From Actinomycetes bacterium (lineage in GTDB: Bacteria > Actinomycetota > Actinomycetes > Propionibacteriales > Nocardioidaceae), in contig JAUILS010000001.1 in NCBI GenBank assembly GCA_030432975.1, positions 1-54,787 of the forward strand: a stretch of DNA of 54,787 bases. Reading direction: 5' to 3'. Both the position numbers and the translations under genes were made by a program. The notes beneath the pieces are model-generated. The model was not told the DNA's origin and did no database searches. It saw nothing but the letters and a program-made list of their open reading frames with translations. This document shows, piece after piece, positions 23,096 to 34,223 of the stretch. The stretch's first letter is position 1. The number at the start of each line of letters is the position of its first letter.

Positions 23096-24421
23096 GTGGA
23101 ATCCCGAGCAGTCGTGTGGCAGGCGCCGGTCACCAAGATCCTGGCCGCGTTCTTCCTGACGATCTTGACCCTGGCCGCGGTCGCGGCCGTGCAGCCGGCT
23201 CGGGCCTCCGCCTCGGCCAGCCTGTGTCTGCCGTCGGCCAACAACTCCTGCATCACCTCGACGGTGCGCAGCGACTCGGGCGTGATCGCCGGTGCCGAGG
23301 TGCGGGTGACGGGGCCGGGCGGCGTCGACGAGACCCTGACGACCGACGAGGCCGGCAAGTTCAGCCTGTCGGTCACCGAGACCGGGGAATACACCCTGGT
23401 GCTGGTGCCGGAGTCCCTCGACGAGTCGCTCACGGTCACCAACGGCAGCGTCACCCTCAACGTGCCGCGGATGAACCGCGTGCGAGCGCCGGTGTTCGGC
23501 GTCCGCACCGCCGACTACTCCGCGACGACCAGCTTCAGCGACCAGCTGATCAACGGCGCCTTCAGCGGCCTCCGGCTCGGGCTGCTGCTGGCCCTCGCCT
23601 CGATCGGGCTGTCGCTGATCTACGGCACCACCGGGCTCTCCAACTTCGCTCACGCCGAGCAGGTGACCCTCGGGGGCATGCTGGGCTACCTCTTCGTCAA
23701 CCAATGGGGGCTCGGCCTGCTGGTCGGGGCACCCCTGGTGCTGATCGCGGCCGGGTTCACGGGGTGGTTCCAGGACCGCGTGCTCTGGATGCCGTTGCGC
23801 CGACGCGGGCTCGGTCTGGCCCAGATGATGATCGTCACGATCGGACTGTCCCTGACCCTGCAGTACGTCTACCAGTTCTTCATCGGGGCCAGCACGGTCA
23901 AGGTGCTGGTCTTCAACCCGACGCCGCAGTCGCTGGGGCCGATCAGCTACACCTACCCCGACCTGATCGCCATGGCCGTCTCGGTCGTCGTGATCTCCCT
24001 GGTCGGCTACGCCCTGCTGCGCACCCGGGTCGGCCGGGCGACCCGCGCCGTGTCCGACAACCCCGCCCTGGCCTCCGCCTCGGGCATCGACGTCGACCGG
24101 GTGATCCGCCTGGTGTGGATCGTCGCCACCACCCTGGCCGGTCTGTCGGGCCTGCTCTACTCCCTGGTGATCCAGCGCGGCATGCGCTGGGACTCCGGCA
24201 TGCAGATCCTGCTGCTGCTGTTCGCGGCGGTCACCCTCGGCGGCCTCGGCACGGCGTTCGGCGCGCTCATCGGCGCCCTGATCATCGGCATGGTCGTCGA
24301 GCTCACCCCGGTCCTCGGTGCGCCGGGTGACCTCAAGTACGCCTCGGCACTACTCATCCTGATCCTCCTGCTGATGGTGCGGCCCCAGGGCCTGCTCGGT
24401 CGCGCGGAACGGGTCGGCTAG
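23096..24421 (+). CDS. Branched-chain amino acid ABC permease (LivH-like) with N-terminal extracytoplasmic domain
   Basis: GLSLIYGTTGLSNFAHAE, GRATRAVSDN, LGGLG, RPQGLLG; GTG after GAGGAGG; about 140-aa N-terminal extension. Confidence 0.9.
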   Translation: MESRAVVWQAPVTKILAAFFLTILTLAAVAAVQPARASASASLCLPSANNSCITSTVRSDSGVIAGAEVRVTGPGGVDETLTTDEAGKFSLSVTETGEYTLVLVPESLDESLTVTNGSVTLNVPRMNRVRAPVFGVRTADYSATTSFSDQLINGAFSGLRLGLLLALASIGLSLIYGTTGLSNFAHAEQVTLGGMLGYLFVNQWGLGLLVGAPLVLIAAGFTGWFQDRVLWMPLRRRGLGLAQMMIVTIGLSLTLQYVYQFFIGASTVKVLVFNPTPQSLGPISYTYPDLIAMAVSVVVISLVGYALLRTRVGRATRAVSDNPALASASGIDVDRVIRLVWIVATTLAGLSGLLYSLVIQRGMRWDSGMQILLLLFAAVTLGGLGTAFGALIGALIIGMVVELTPVLGAPGDLKYASALLILILLLMVRPQGLLGRAERVG

Positions 24422-24435
24422 GGGAAGGAAGAGCG

Positions 24436-25563
24436 ATGAGCCTGACCGAAGACCTCACCACCGGCTCCGACAAGGAGCAGGCCGACCGCACGTCCCGCAA
24501 CAAGCTGCTCTACGCCGCCGGCGGGCTGGTGGCGTTCCTGGTCGCCCTGGCGCTGCTCTCGCACGTGCCCGGCTCCACCGGCCAGATCGCGGCCTCGATG
24601 CTGCGGGTGGCGATCCAGCCGCAGACGGCGGCGCTCGCGGTCGCCGTGATCGGCCTCAACATCCACTTCGGCTACACCGGACTGCTCAACATGGGCCAGG
24701 CCGGCTTCATGATGCTGGGCGCCTACGGCTTCTCGATCGCCATCTGGAAGGGCCAGCCGATGATCGTCGGCATCCTGGCCGGCTTCGCGGCGGCGTTCGT
24801 GTTCGCGCTGCTGCTCGGCATCCCGACCCTGAAGCTGCGCGGCGACTATCTCGCCATCGTGACCATCTCGGCGGCCGAGATCCTGCGCTACACCGGTCGC
24901 CTGGCCAAGCTGGAGAACTTCACCGGCGCCGCGCAGGGCATCCCCGGCTCGCAGTACCGCGGTCCCTTCGCCGACCTGTCGTTCCTGCCACAGGACACCA
25001 ACTGGACGTTCCCGTTCACCAAGCTCACCTACCCGCTGACCGGCACCGACGACTGGTGGACCCGGCTGGTGGCGTGGCTGGTGGTGGCGCTCTGCTCCTA
25101 CTTCGTCTTCCTGCTCGCGCGCAGCCCGTGGGGCCGGCTGCTCCGCGGCGTCCGCGAGGACGAGGACGCCATCCGCAGCCTCGGCAAGAACGTCTTCGCC
25201 GTGAAGATGCAGGCGCTGATCATCGGCGGTCTCTTCGGAGCGCTGGGCGGCATCATCTTCATCCTGCCGTCGTCGATGCAGCCCGACGCGATGGGCCGCA
25301 ACCTGACGTTCTTCGCATGGACCGCCCTGCTGCTCGGTGGCGCCGCCACGGTGTTCGGGCCGGTGCTGGGCTCGATCCTGTTCTTCTCGGTGCGCATCTT
25401 CCTGCAGGGCATCACCGACGCCGTCCTGCCGAGCGGTCTGATGAACACCCAGCAGACCGAGCAGTTCGCCTGGATCTGCATCGGCGTGATGCTGATGCTG
25501 ATCGTGATCTTCCGACCACAAGGCTTGGTCGGCGACAAGAGGGAGCTGAGGTTCAATGTCTGA
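24436..25563 (+). CDS. Branched-chain amino acid ABC permease (LivM-like)
   Basis: GLNIHFGYTGLLNMGQAGF, LRGDYLAIVT, VREDEDA, LGG. Confidence 0.92.
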   Translation: MSLTEDLTTGSDKEQADRTSRNKLLYAAGGLVAFLVALALLSHVPGSTGQIAASMLRVAIQPQTAALAVAVIGLNIHFGYTGLLNMGQAGFMMLGAYGFSIAIWKGQPMIVGILAGFAAAFVFALLLGIPTLKLRGDYLAIVTISAAEILRYTGRLAKLENFTGAAQGIPGSQYRGPFADLSFLPQDTNWTFPFTKLTYPLTGTDDWWTRLVAWLVVALCSYFVFLLARSPWGRLLRGVREDEDAIRSLGKNVFAVKMQALIIGGLFGALGGIIFILPSSMQPDAMGRNLTFFAWTALLLGGAATVFGPVLGSILFFSVRIFLQGITDAVLPSGLMNTQQTEQFAWICIGVMLMLIVIFRPQGLVGDKRELRFNV

Positions 25564-26499
25564 CCTGGCCACCCGTGACTACGCCGACCCGGCGGTCCGC
25601 GCCCAGCTGGTCTCCGAGGTCGACCGCGCCCCCGGCGCGGCCAAGCCCGACCCGATCCTGGTCGTCGACAGCGTGGTGCGGCACTTCGGCGGCATGACGG
25701 CCGTCGACGTCGACCACCTCGAGGTGCAGCGCGGCATCATCACCGCCCTGATCGGGCCCAACGGCGCCGGCAAGACCACCTTCTTCAACCTGGTCACCGG
25801 CTTCGACCGGCCCTCCCAGGGTGCCCACTGGTCCTTCGACGGCAAGACGCTCGACAAGACCTCGGCGTCCTCGGTCGCCCAGGCCGGCATGGTGCGCACC
25901 TTCCAGCTCACCAAGTCCCTCAACCGGATGACGGTGATGGACAACATGATGCTCGGGGCCACCGAGCAGTCCGGGGAGAACCTCGTCAAGTCGCTGTTCA
26001 AGCCCCTCTGGCACGGCCAGGAGCGAGAGATCGAGGAGCGTGCCAAGGAGCTCCTCGACCGCTTCAAGCTGCTCGCCAAGAAGGACGACTACGCCGGCAG
26101 CCTCTCGGGCGGGCAGCGCAAGCTGCTCGAGATGGCGCGCGCGCTGATGACCCGGCCCAAGATGATCATGCTCGACGAGCCGATGGCGGGGGTCAACCCG
26201 GCGCTGACGCAGTCGCTGCTGGGCCACATCCAGAGCCTCCGCGACGAGGGCACCACCGTGCTGTTCGTCGAGCACGACATGCACATGGTGCGCCACATCT
26301 CCGACTGGGTCGTGGTGATGGCGGAGGGCCGCGTGATCGCCGAGGGGCCGGCCGACAGCGTGATGTCGGACCAGGCCGTGATCGACGCCTACCTCGGCGC
26401 CCACCACGACATGGATCTCGGTGACGACGCGCTGCTCGAGGAGGACGCCGTCAAGGAGATGGCCGACGAGGTCGCCCGCGAGGAAGCAGAGGGGAAGGC

Positions 26500-26503
<4 letters not shown>
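25556..26503 (+). CDS. Branched-chain amino acid ABC ATPase (LivG-like)
   Basis: GPNGAGKT, VRTFQ, LSGGQ, LDEP, VEHDM, AYLG. Confidence 0.93.
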
Positions 26504-27252
<749 letters not shown>

Positions 27253-27276
27253 GCCCGCGGCTCGCACCCACGACTG

Positions 27277-27310
27277 CGAAGGCCCCGCACCCGGTGGTGC
27301 GGGGCCTTCG
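27277..27310. terminator. 15-bp hairpin after the livF-like gene
   Basis: CGAAGGCCCCGCACC-CGGT-GGTGCGGGGCCTTCG. Confidence 0.75.
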
Positions 27311-27355
27311 GCGTCGCCGGGCTCGGCGGCGCGAGGTGGTGCGGCCCGACACGCA

Positions 27356-27389
27356 CGCGGGCCCCGGACCATGAGGTCCGGGGCCCGCG
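27356..27389. terminator. 15-bp hairpin after the convergent substrate-binding gene
   Basis: CGCGGGCCCCGGACC-ATGA-GGTCCGGGGCCCGCG. Confidence 0.75.
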
Positions 27390-27408
27390 CGCTTCGTGCG
27401 GTTCGGCG

Positions 27409-28767
27409 TCAGCCGCCGGTGGTGCCCTCCACGCTGGTGGTGTAGACGTTCTTGTTGCTGGCATCGAACTTGTAGATGCCGACGAACGCCGACGACGGGT
27501 CGTTGTCGTCGTTGAAGGGGCCGATGCCGGAGATGCCCTTGTACTGGATCTCGCCGCCACCGTCGATCAGCGCCACGCAGTCGGCGTAGGTGCTGCACTC
27601 GTCGCCACCCGAGGCACCCGACACGGCGGCCAGGTTGTCACGGACGGTCTTGGAGTCGGTCGCGCCGCCCTTGTGGGCCGCCAGCGCCGCCAGGATGGTG
27701 GCGTCGTAGCTCTCCGCGCCGTAGGCGAAGTCCTTCAGGGTGTCACCCTCGGCCGACTCGTACCAGCCGATCATGCGGTCCTTGAACTCCTGAGCCGCGT
27801 CGACACCCGGGATGGTGCCCTGGGCGCCCTCCATGGTGCCCTCGGGGAAGTCGGCGCTGTAGTCGGCGGTGTTGCCGTCGGTCAGGTAGGTCTTGGTCAT
27901 GTCCCAGCCCTGCGACTTCAGCTCGGGGATGATCGCCTTCGACTCGTCGAACGCGAGCACCACGATGGCGTCGGGCTTGGCCGCGAGCACCGCGCTGACC
28001 TCGGCGGAGAACGTCGTCTGGCCGGCGGGGAACTCGTCGCCGTCGCCCTTGCAGCCGTAGACGCACTGGCCGCCGTTCTGCTTCACGGTCTTCTCGACGG
28101 TGTCGCGCAGGCCGGTGCCGTAGGTGTCGTTGAACACCAGGAAGCCGACCTTCTGCCAGCCGTCGGAGGAGATCAGCGTGCCGAGCGCCGCGCCCTGGAC
28201 GGTGTCCGGGGGAGCGGTGCGGAAGTACCACGGCGAGTAGCCGCTCAGGGCCACCGCGGTGTTGGCGGGGGAGATCTCGACGATCTTGTTCTGGGCGAAG
28301 GTGTCGACGACGTTCAGCGAGACGCTGGACGAGGCGGCGCCGATCACGACGGACGGCTTGCTGGCGACCAGGGCACCGGCGGTGTTCGTCGAGATCGACA
28401 TGTCGGTGGAGTCACCCGAGTCCTGCATGTCGATGCACGCGTCGGCGCCGGCGGCACCGCCGGCAGCGTTGATGTCGTTGACGGCCAGACCCACGCCCGC
28501 CACCTCGGGCGGACCGAGGAAGGCCAGGTTGCCGGTCAGCGGCAGGATGCCGCCCACGCGGAGGCTGTTCGCGCTGGTCTGGTCCGACGAGCACTCGTCG
28601 TTGGTGAAGGTCTCCGTCTCCGGCGCGCTCTCCGACGCGCTCTCCGAGGCGCTGGGGCTTTCGGAAGCCGTCTCGCCGTCGTCGGACCCGCACGCCGCCA
28701 GCAGGAGAACGAGCGCTGCCGCGGTGGCAGTCCCCTTCATCCAGGAGGCCGTGGTTACTCGATTCAC
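27409..28767 (-). CDS. Branched-chain amino acid ABC substrate-binding lipoprotein (LivK-like)
   Basis: Lipobox LLLAACG, LPLTGNLAFLG, INAAGG, FRTAPPD; start taken as GTG 28767 rather than 29067. Confidence 0.9.
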   Translation of the reverse strand: MNRVTTASWMKGTATAAALVLLLAACGSDDGETASESPSASESASESAPETETFTNDECSSDQTSANSLRVGGILPLTGNLAFLGPPEVAGVGLAVNDINAAGGAAGADACIDMQDSGDSTDMSISTNTAGALVASKPSVVIGAASSSVSLNVVDTFAQNKIVEISPANTAVALSGYSPWYFRTAPPDTVQGAALGTLISSDGWQKVGFLVFNDTYGTGLRDTVEKTVKQNGGQCVYGCKGDGDEFPAGQTTFSAEVSAVLAAKPDAIVVLAFDESKAIIPELKSQGWDMTKTYLTDGNTADYSADFPEGTMEGAQGTIPGVDAAQEFKDRMIGWYESAEGDTLKDFAYGAESYDATILAALAAHKGGATDSKTVRDNLAAVSGASGGDECSTYADCVALIDGGGEIQYKGISGIGPFNDDNDPSSAFVGIYKFDASNKNVYTTSVEGTTGG

Positions 28768-29093
28768 GCCCTGAACCTTTCTCGAGGTGATGATGCGTGG
28801 CCCAGGGCGCGCGGTCGGCGCCCGGGCTGCGTACACCGTAATGGACACGCCCGTGAGAAACGACACCAGATCCGGTGGCGTGGCAACCGTTATCCGATTG
28901 ATGCCATCGATTTGCGCCCCTGTGACGGTCGTCATCAGCAGCCTCGCCGCGGGGGCGGCCCGGAGGCGGGCACGGGGCGCCGACGCGCGTTTCGGCGACG
29001 GCCGCTCCCGCCGCCCGTGGCGGGCGTAGGCTCTGCGGCAGACAGGGCCGTCCGGGGGAGCGGCCACCCGGTCTCGGTCGGTTCGAGAGGTGC

Positions 29094-29669
29094 GTGGTGA
29101 GCAGGTCCCCGGTGGTGCTGCGCGACGCGACGCAGGCCGACGTGCCCGTGCTCGTCGAGCTGTGGGCCGACGTGCTCCGCCGGGTCGGCACCGAGGACCA
29201 GGAGGCCGACCTGCGGCACGTCATCGAGCGGCTCGACCCGGCCCTGGAGCGCATCGTCGTCGCGGAGTACGACGGCCAGGTCGCCGGCGCGGTCATGCTG
29301 AAGGCCACCACCGCGACGCCGCTCAACCTGGAGCCGCTGGTGCAGGCGGTGTCGCCGCACGTGCTGCCGGCCTTCCGCCGCCGGGGGGTCGGCCGGGCCC
29401 TCATGGAGGCCACGGTGTCCTTCGCGGAGGAGCGCGGCATCGGGCACGTCGGCTCCGGGGCCCTCAGCGTCTCCCGCGACGCCAACCGCTTCCTCGCCCG
29501 CCTCGGCCTGGGGCCGCAGGCGGTGCTCCGCGCCGGTGCGACCGCGACCGTGCGCAGCCGCCTCGACGCCCTCCGCCCGGGTCAGGGCCGGGGGCGCGCC
29601 ATCTCGCAGGTGCTCGCGGCGCGCCGCTCCCAGCGGCACCGCGACGCCTCGCCGGCGTCCAAGGGCTGA
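29094..29669 (+). CDS. GNAT family N-acetyltransferase
   Basis: LRDATQADV, acetyl-CoA motif VLPAFRRRGVGRALM, ANRFLARLG. Confidence 0.85.
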   Translation: MVSRSPVVLRDATQADVPVLVELWADVLRRVGTEDQEADLRHVIERLDPALERIVVAEYDGQVAGAVMLKATTATPLNLEPLVQAVSPHVLPAFRRRGVGRALMEATVSFAEERGIGHVGSGALSVSRDANRFLARLGLGPQAVLRAGATATVRSRLDALRPGQGRGRAISQVLAARRSQRHRDASPASKG

Positions 29670-29670
29670 G

Positions 29671-30111
29671 TCAGCCGCCCGGGGCCGCCGCCACCAGCAT
29701 GCAGGTGATCCGGGATGTGCAGACCCGGCGCCCCTGCTCGTCGGAGACGACCACCTCCCAGGTGGCGCTGCTGCGGCCCCGGTGGGCGGGGGTCGCCACC
29801 GCGGTCACGGTGCCGCTGCGCACGGCGCGGTGGTGGGTGGCGTTGATGTCGACCCCGACCGCGACCCGGTCGGGCCAGGCGTGCAGCGCCGACCCGATCG
29901 AGCCGAGGGTCTCGGCGAGCGCCACCGAGGCGCCGCCGTGCAGCAGGCCGTAGGGCTGGGTGTTGCCGGCCACCGGCATCGTGGCGACGATGCGGTCGGG
30001 GCCGACCTCGACCAGCTCGACCCCCATCTTGTCGTTCAGGCCGCCCATCCCCTCGGGCATCGCGGCCAGGAACTCCTCCACGGACGGCGTCGGCGCCGGC
30101 TGCTCGGTCAT
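29671..30111 (-). CDS. PaaI family hotdog-fold thioesterase
   Basis: NTQPYGLLHGGASVALAE, VDINATH; ATG 30111 lies 6 nt after -10-like GAGAAT. Confidence 0.9.
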   Translation of the reverse strand: MTEQPAPTPSVEEFLAAMPEGMGGLNDKMGVELVEVGPDRIVATMPVAGNTQPYGLLHGGASVALAETLGSIGSALHAWPDRVAVGVDINATHHRAVRSGTVTAVATPAHRGRSSATWEVVVSDEQGRRVCTSRITCMLVAAAPGG

Positions 30112-30175
30112 GGGCGCATTCTCGCCCACCCCGGCCCGGCCGGGCACCGGGGGTGCCGGCGGCTAGAGTCGCGAC

Positions 30176-32896
30176 GTGCCTGCCGCGACCCCGACCACCG
30201 CCGCTGACGAGACCGCCCTCGAGCGGCCGCGGCTGCTCCTCCTCGACGGCCACTCGCTGGCCTACCGCGCGTTCTTCGCGCTCCCGGTGGAGAACTTCTC
30301 CACCACGACGGGCCAGCACACCAACGCGGTCTACGGCTTCACCTCGATGCTGGTCAACATGCTGCGCGACGAGCAGCCCACCCACGTCGCCGTGGCCTTC
30401 GACGCCTCGCGGCAGACCTTCCGGCTGGAGGAGTACGCCGACTACAAGGCCGGCCGGAGCAAGACCCCGACCGAGTTCTCCAGCCAGCTTCCGTTGATCC
30501 GGCAGCTGCTCGACGTGCTGCGGATTCCCTTCTTCGAGGCTCCGGGCTTCGAGGCCGACGACCTGATCGCCACGCTCGCGACGCGGGCGGGGGCTGAAGG
30601 CCTGGAGGTGCTGATCGTCAGCGGCGACCGCGACACCTTCCAGCTGGTCGACGACGACTGCACGGTGATCTACCCGACCCGCGGGGTGTCGGAGACCGCG
30701 CGGATGACTCCTGCCGCCGTCGAGGCGAAGTACGGCGTCCCGCCGGCGCGCTACCCCGAGCTCGCGGCGCTCGTGGGGGAGACGTCGGACAACCTGCCCG
30801 GCGTGCCCGGGGTGGGCCAGGGCTACGCCGCCAAGTGGATCAACCAGTTCGACGGCCTCGACAACCTGATCGCCCGGGCCGACGAGGTCACCGGCAAGAA
30901 GGGCGACGCCCTGCGCGCCCACCTGGGCGACGTGATCCGCAACCGCAGCCTCAACCGGCTCGTCCGCGACGTCGAGATGTCCGCGACCCCGGACGACCTG
31001 GTCCGCCGCGACTGGGACCGCGACGCCGGGCTCCGGCTCCTCGACGAGCTGGAGTTCCGGGGCGAGCTCCGCAGTCGGCTGATGGGCGTCATCGACCCCG
31101 AGCCGGAGGAGGTCATCGACGACAGCGGCTTCGCGTTGTCGGGGTCCGTCCTCGGGGAGGACGAGCTGGCTCCGTGGCTGGCCGCGCACGCCGGACCGGA
31201 CGCCACCACCGGCGTGACCGTGCAGGGCCGCTGGCGGGCCGGCAGCGGTGACGTCGACTCGCTGGCGCTGGCCGCCGCCGACGGGGCGGGCGCCTGGCTG
31301 GACGTCACGAGCCTCGGCCACGCGGACGAGCAGGCGCTCGCCTCCTGGCTCGCCGACCCGACCCGGCGCAAGGTCATCCACGACGCCAAGGGTCCGCTGC
31401 TGGCTCTGGCCGCGCGGGGCTGGACGCTGGAGGGTCTGGTGAGTGACACGGCGCTGGCGGCCTACCTGGTGCAGCCCGACCAACGGTCCTACGACCTGGC
31501 CGACCTCACCCTGCGGTTCCTGCGGCGCGAGCTCAAGCAGCACAGCGAGGACACCGGTCAGGGCGCGTTGTTCGACGACGGCGACGACTCTGCCCAGACC
31601 GACATGCTGCACGCCCGGGCGGTGCTCGACCTCGCCGACACGTTGGACAGCGCGGTCGACCAGGCAGGCGGGTCGCGACTCTTGGCGGAGGTCGAACAGC
31701 CCCTCACCCGACTCCTGGTGCGGATGGAGCAGGTCGGCATCGCCGTCGACGTCGACCACCTCGAGTCGCTGGAGTCGCACTTCGGCGACGAGGTGGCCGC
31801 CGCGGCCGGCGAGGCCTACGGCGTGATCGGCAAGGAGATCAACCTCGGCTCGCCCAAGCAGCTGCAGACCGTGCTCTTCGACGAGCTGGGGATGCCCAAG
31901 ACCAAGCGCACCAAGACCGGCTACACCACCGACGCCGACGCGCTGCAGCAGCTCTTCGAGAAGACCGAGCACCCGTTCCTGCTGGCCCTGCTGCGGCACC
32001 GCGACGTGATCCGGCTGCGGCAGACCATCGAGGGCCTGCTCAAGACCGTGATGCCCGACGGCCGCATCCACACGACGTTCAACCAGCTGATCGCCGCCAC
32101 CGGCCGGCTGTCGAGCACCGACCCCAACCTGCAGAACATCCCGGTGCGCACCGAGGAGGGGCGGCGGATCCGCGAGGGCTTCGTGGTGGGCTCCGGCTAC
32201 GACTCGCTGATGACCGCCGACTACAGCCAGATCGAGATGCGGATCATGGCGCACCTCTCCGAGGACGAGGGGCTGATCGAGGCGTTCCGCTCCGGCCAGG
32301 ACTTCCACTCCATCACCGCCTCCCGGGTGTTCGGGGTCCCGGCCGCCGACGTCACGGTCGAGATGCGGGCCAAGATCAAGGCGATGAACTACGGCCTCGC
32401 CTACGGCCTGTCGGCGTTCGGGCTCGGCCAGCAGCTGCGGATCGAGCCGTCGGAGGCCCGCGGCCTGATGGACGAGTACTTCCAGACCTTCGGCGGCGTC
32501 CGCGACTACCTCGCCGGCATCGTCGACGAGGCACGCCGCTCGGGCTTCACCGAGACCATCATGGGGCGCCGCCGCTACCTCCCCGACCTCACCAGCGACA
32601 ACCGGCAGCGCCGCGAGATGGCCGAGCGGATGGCGCTGAACGCGCCGATCCAGGGGTCGGCCGCCGACATCATCAAGGTCGCCATGCTGCGCGTCGACGC
32701 CGCGCTGCGCGAGCGCGGGCTGGCCTCGCGGATGCTGCTCCAGGTCCACGACGAGCTCGTGCTCGAGGTGGCGCCGGGGGAGCGCGAGGCGCTCGAGGAG
32801 CTGGTGCGCGAGGCGATGGGCGCGGCCGCCGAGCTCACCGTGCCGCTCGACGTCTCCGTCGGCACCGGCCGCAGCTGGCACGACGCCGCCCACTGA
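30176..32896 (+). CDS. polA: DNA polymerase I
   Basis: 5'-3' exonuclease (DGHSLAYRAFFA, EADD), TGRLSSTDPNLQNIP, DYSQIEMR, KAMNYGLAYG, QVHDEL. Confidence 0.99.
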   Translation: MPAATPTTAADETALERPRLLLLDGHSLAYRAFFALPVENFSTTTGQHTNAVYGFTSMLVNMLRDEQPTHVAVAFDASRQTFRLEEYADYKAGRSKTPTEFSSQLPLIRQLLDVLRIPFFEAPGFEADDLIATLATRAGAEGLEVLIVSGDRDTFQLVDDDCTVIYPTRGVSETARMTPAAVEAKYGVPPARYPELAALVGETSDNLPGVPGVGQGYAAKWINQFDGLDNLIARADEVTGKKGDALRAHLGDVIRNRSLNRLVRDVEMSATPDDLVRRDWDRDAGLRLLDELEFRGELRSRLMGVIDPEPEEVIDDSGFALSGSVLGEDELAPWLAAHAGPDATTGVTVQGRWRAGSGDVDSLALAAADGAGAWLDVTSLGHADEQALASWLADPTRRKVIHDAKGPLLALAARGWTLEGLVSDTALAAYLVQPDQRSYDLADLTLRFLRRELKQHSEDTGQGALFDDGDDSAQTDMLHARAVLDLADTLDSAVDQAGGSRLLAEVEQPLTRLLVRMEQVGIAVDVDHLESLESHFGDEVAAAAGEAYGVIGKEINLGSPKQLQTVLFDELGMPKTKRTKTGYTTDADALQQLFEKTEHPFLLALLRHRDVIRLRQTIEGLLKTVMPDGRIHTTFNQLIAATGRLSSTDPNLQNIPVRTEEGRRIREGFVVGSGYDSLMTADYSQIEMRIMAHLSEDEGLIEAFRSGQDFHSITASRVFGVPAADVTVEMRAKIKAMNYGLAYGLSAFGLGQQLRIEPSEARGLMDEYFQTFGGVRDYLAGIVDEARRSGFTETIMGRRRYLPDLTSDNRQRREMAERMALNAPIQGSAADIIKVAMLRVDAALRERGLASRMLLQVHDELVLEVAPGEREALEELVREAMGAAAELTVPLDVSVGTGRSWHDAAH

Positions 32897-32899
32897 GCC

Positions 32900-34150
32900 T
32901 CAGGGGAGGGTGCTGGGCTCCGTCTCCGCGTCGGGCGTGCGCACGACGTAGAGGCTGATCACCAGCAGCATGGCGAGCAGCACGCCGTCGACGACCAGCA
33001 CCACCGCGATCAGGCCGTCGAGGGTGTGCACGCTCAGGCCCAGCACGACCAGGGCGACCAGCCCGGCCCAGAGCAGGTACGCCGACCGCTGGCCGCGCCG
33101 GGCCAGCACGGCGTAGACCAGCAGCTGCAGGGCCGAGAGCAGCATGCCGATCACGGCGAACAGCCAGAGCCGGTCGGCGATCTCGGCGAACTCCGCCCCG
33201 CCGATGAAGACCAGGGCGAGGTCGGGCAGCAGCCACACCCCGGCGGTGACCGCCGCGCCGAGGGCGGCGAGCAGGGCCAGGCTGCGGGTGAGGGCGTGTC
33301 GCCGGTCCTCCTGCGTCGAGAGCGCGGGGAACGCCACGACGACGATGAACTGCGGCAGGAAGAGCGTCGCCTTGGTGAGGATCAGGCCGCCGGCGTAGAG
33401 CCCGGCGTCGCGGGCGTCGAGGACGTTGCGAGCCACGATGACGTCGACGCTGGACAGCGCGAAGAAGGCGAAGAGCGCCTGCGAGTTGTGCAGGGTCTCC
33501 CGGATCACGTTGCCCGCGCGGTGCTCGACGTCGCGGCCGCCCTCGGGGCGCGGCCGCCGCAGCGCCCACCAGCCGACGATCGCCGGCGCGAACGCCGCCA
33601 CGGCGACGGCGAGCATCGCCACGCCCTCGGTGGGGGAGAAGGCCAGGAAGAGCACACCGAGGACCAGCCGGGGGACCCCCGCGGCGACGTAGATCATCGA
33701 GAGCTGCCGCCAGCGGCGCTCCCCCTGGAGGATGCCGGCCTGGCCGCCCATCACCGTGAGCGGCACCGCGGAGACGGCGACGAGCGCGGCGTTGGGGATG
33801 CTGTCCAGGCGGAGCGCCCGGTCGATGAGCGGGCTGAGCAGGAGCAGCAGCAGCCCCAGCCCGAGCGCGGCCCGGTAGGTCACGCCGAGGATCACGCGCT
33901 CGATCTGCTGGACGTGCGCCGGGTCGGCGGAGATGCGCCGGGCCGCGGTCGCCTGCAGGCCGAGCTGGAGCACCATGATCACCAGCAGGGTGTTCATCAG
34001 CGCCGCCAGCGCGCCGTACGGCTGCGGGCCCAGCAGGCGGGCGGCCACCAGCTGGAAGCCGTAGGTCGAGACGTTCATGACCGCCATCGCGACGGCCACG
34101 ATCGAGCCGCTGCGCAGCACGCTGCGGAAGGCGCCGGTGCCGGGGATCAT
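32900..34150 (-). CDS. Wzx/MOP-like polysaccharide flippase
   Basis: About 12 TM helices; ARLLGPQPYG, DVIVARNVL..AGLY typical of polysaccharide exporters; ATG 34150 after GAGGA. Confidence 0.75.
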   Translation of the reverse strand: MIPGTGAFRSVLRSGSIVAVAMAVMNVSTYGFQLVAARLLGPQPYGALAALMNTLLVIMVLQLGLQATAARRISADPAHVQQIERVILGVTYRAALGLGLLLLLLSPLIDRALRLDSIPNAALVAVSAVPLTVMGGQAGILQGERRWRQLSMIYVAAGVPRLVLGVLFLAFSPTEGVAMLAVAVAAFAPAIVGWWALRRPRPEGGRDVEHRAGNVIRETLHNSQALFAFFALSSVDVIVARNVLDARDAGLYAGGLILTKATLFLPQFIVVVAFPALSTQEDRRHALTRSLALLAALGAAVTAGVWLLPDLALVFIGGAEFAEIADRLWLFAVIGMLLSALQLLVYAVLARRGQRSAYLLWAGLVALVVLGLSVHTLDGLIAVVLVVDGVLLAMLLVISLYVVRTPDAETEPSTLP

Positions 34151-34223
34151 CGGGGGATCCTCGAGGTCACGGACGCGCGCACCGGTCGAGACTACGCGGT
34201 CGGCCAACGACTACGGTGACGGC

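Noticed and set aside
31130-31700. PolA 3'-5' exonuclease domain lacking an obvious DxE motif
   Set aside because: An inactive proofreading domain is normal for actinobacterial Pol I.
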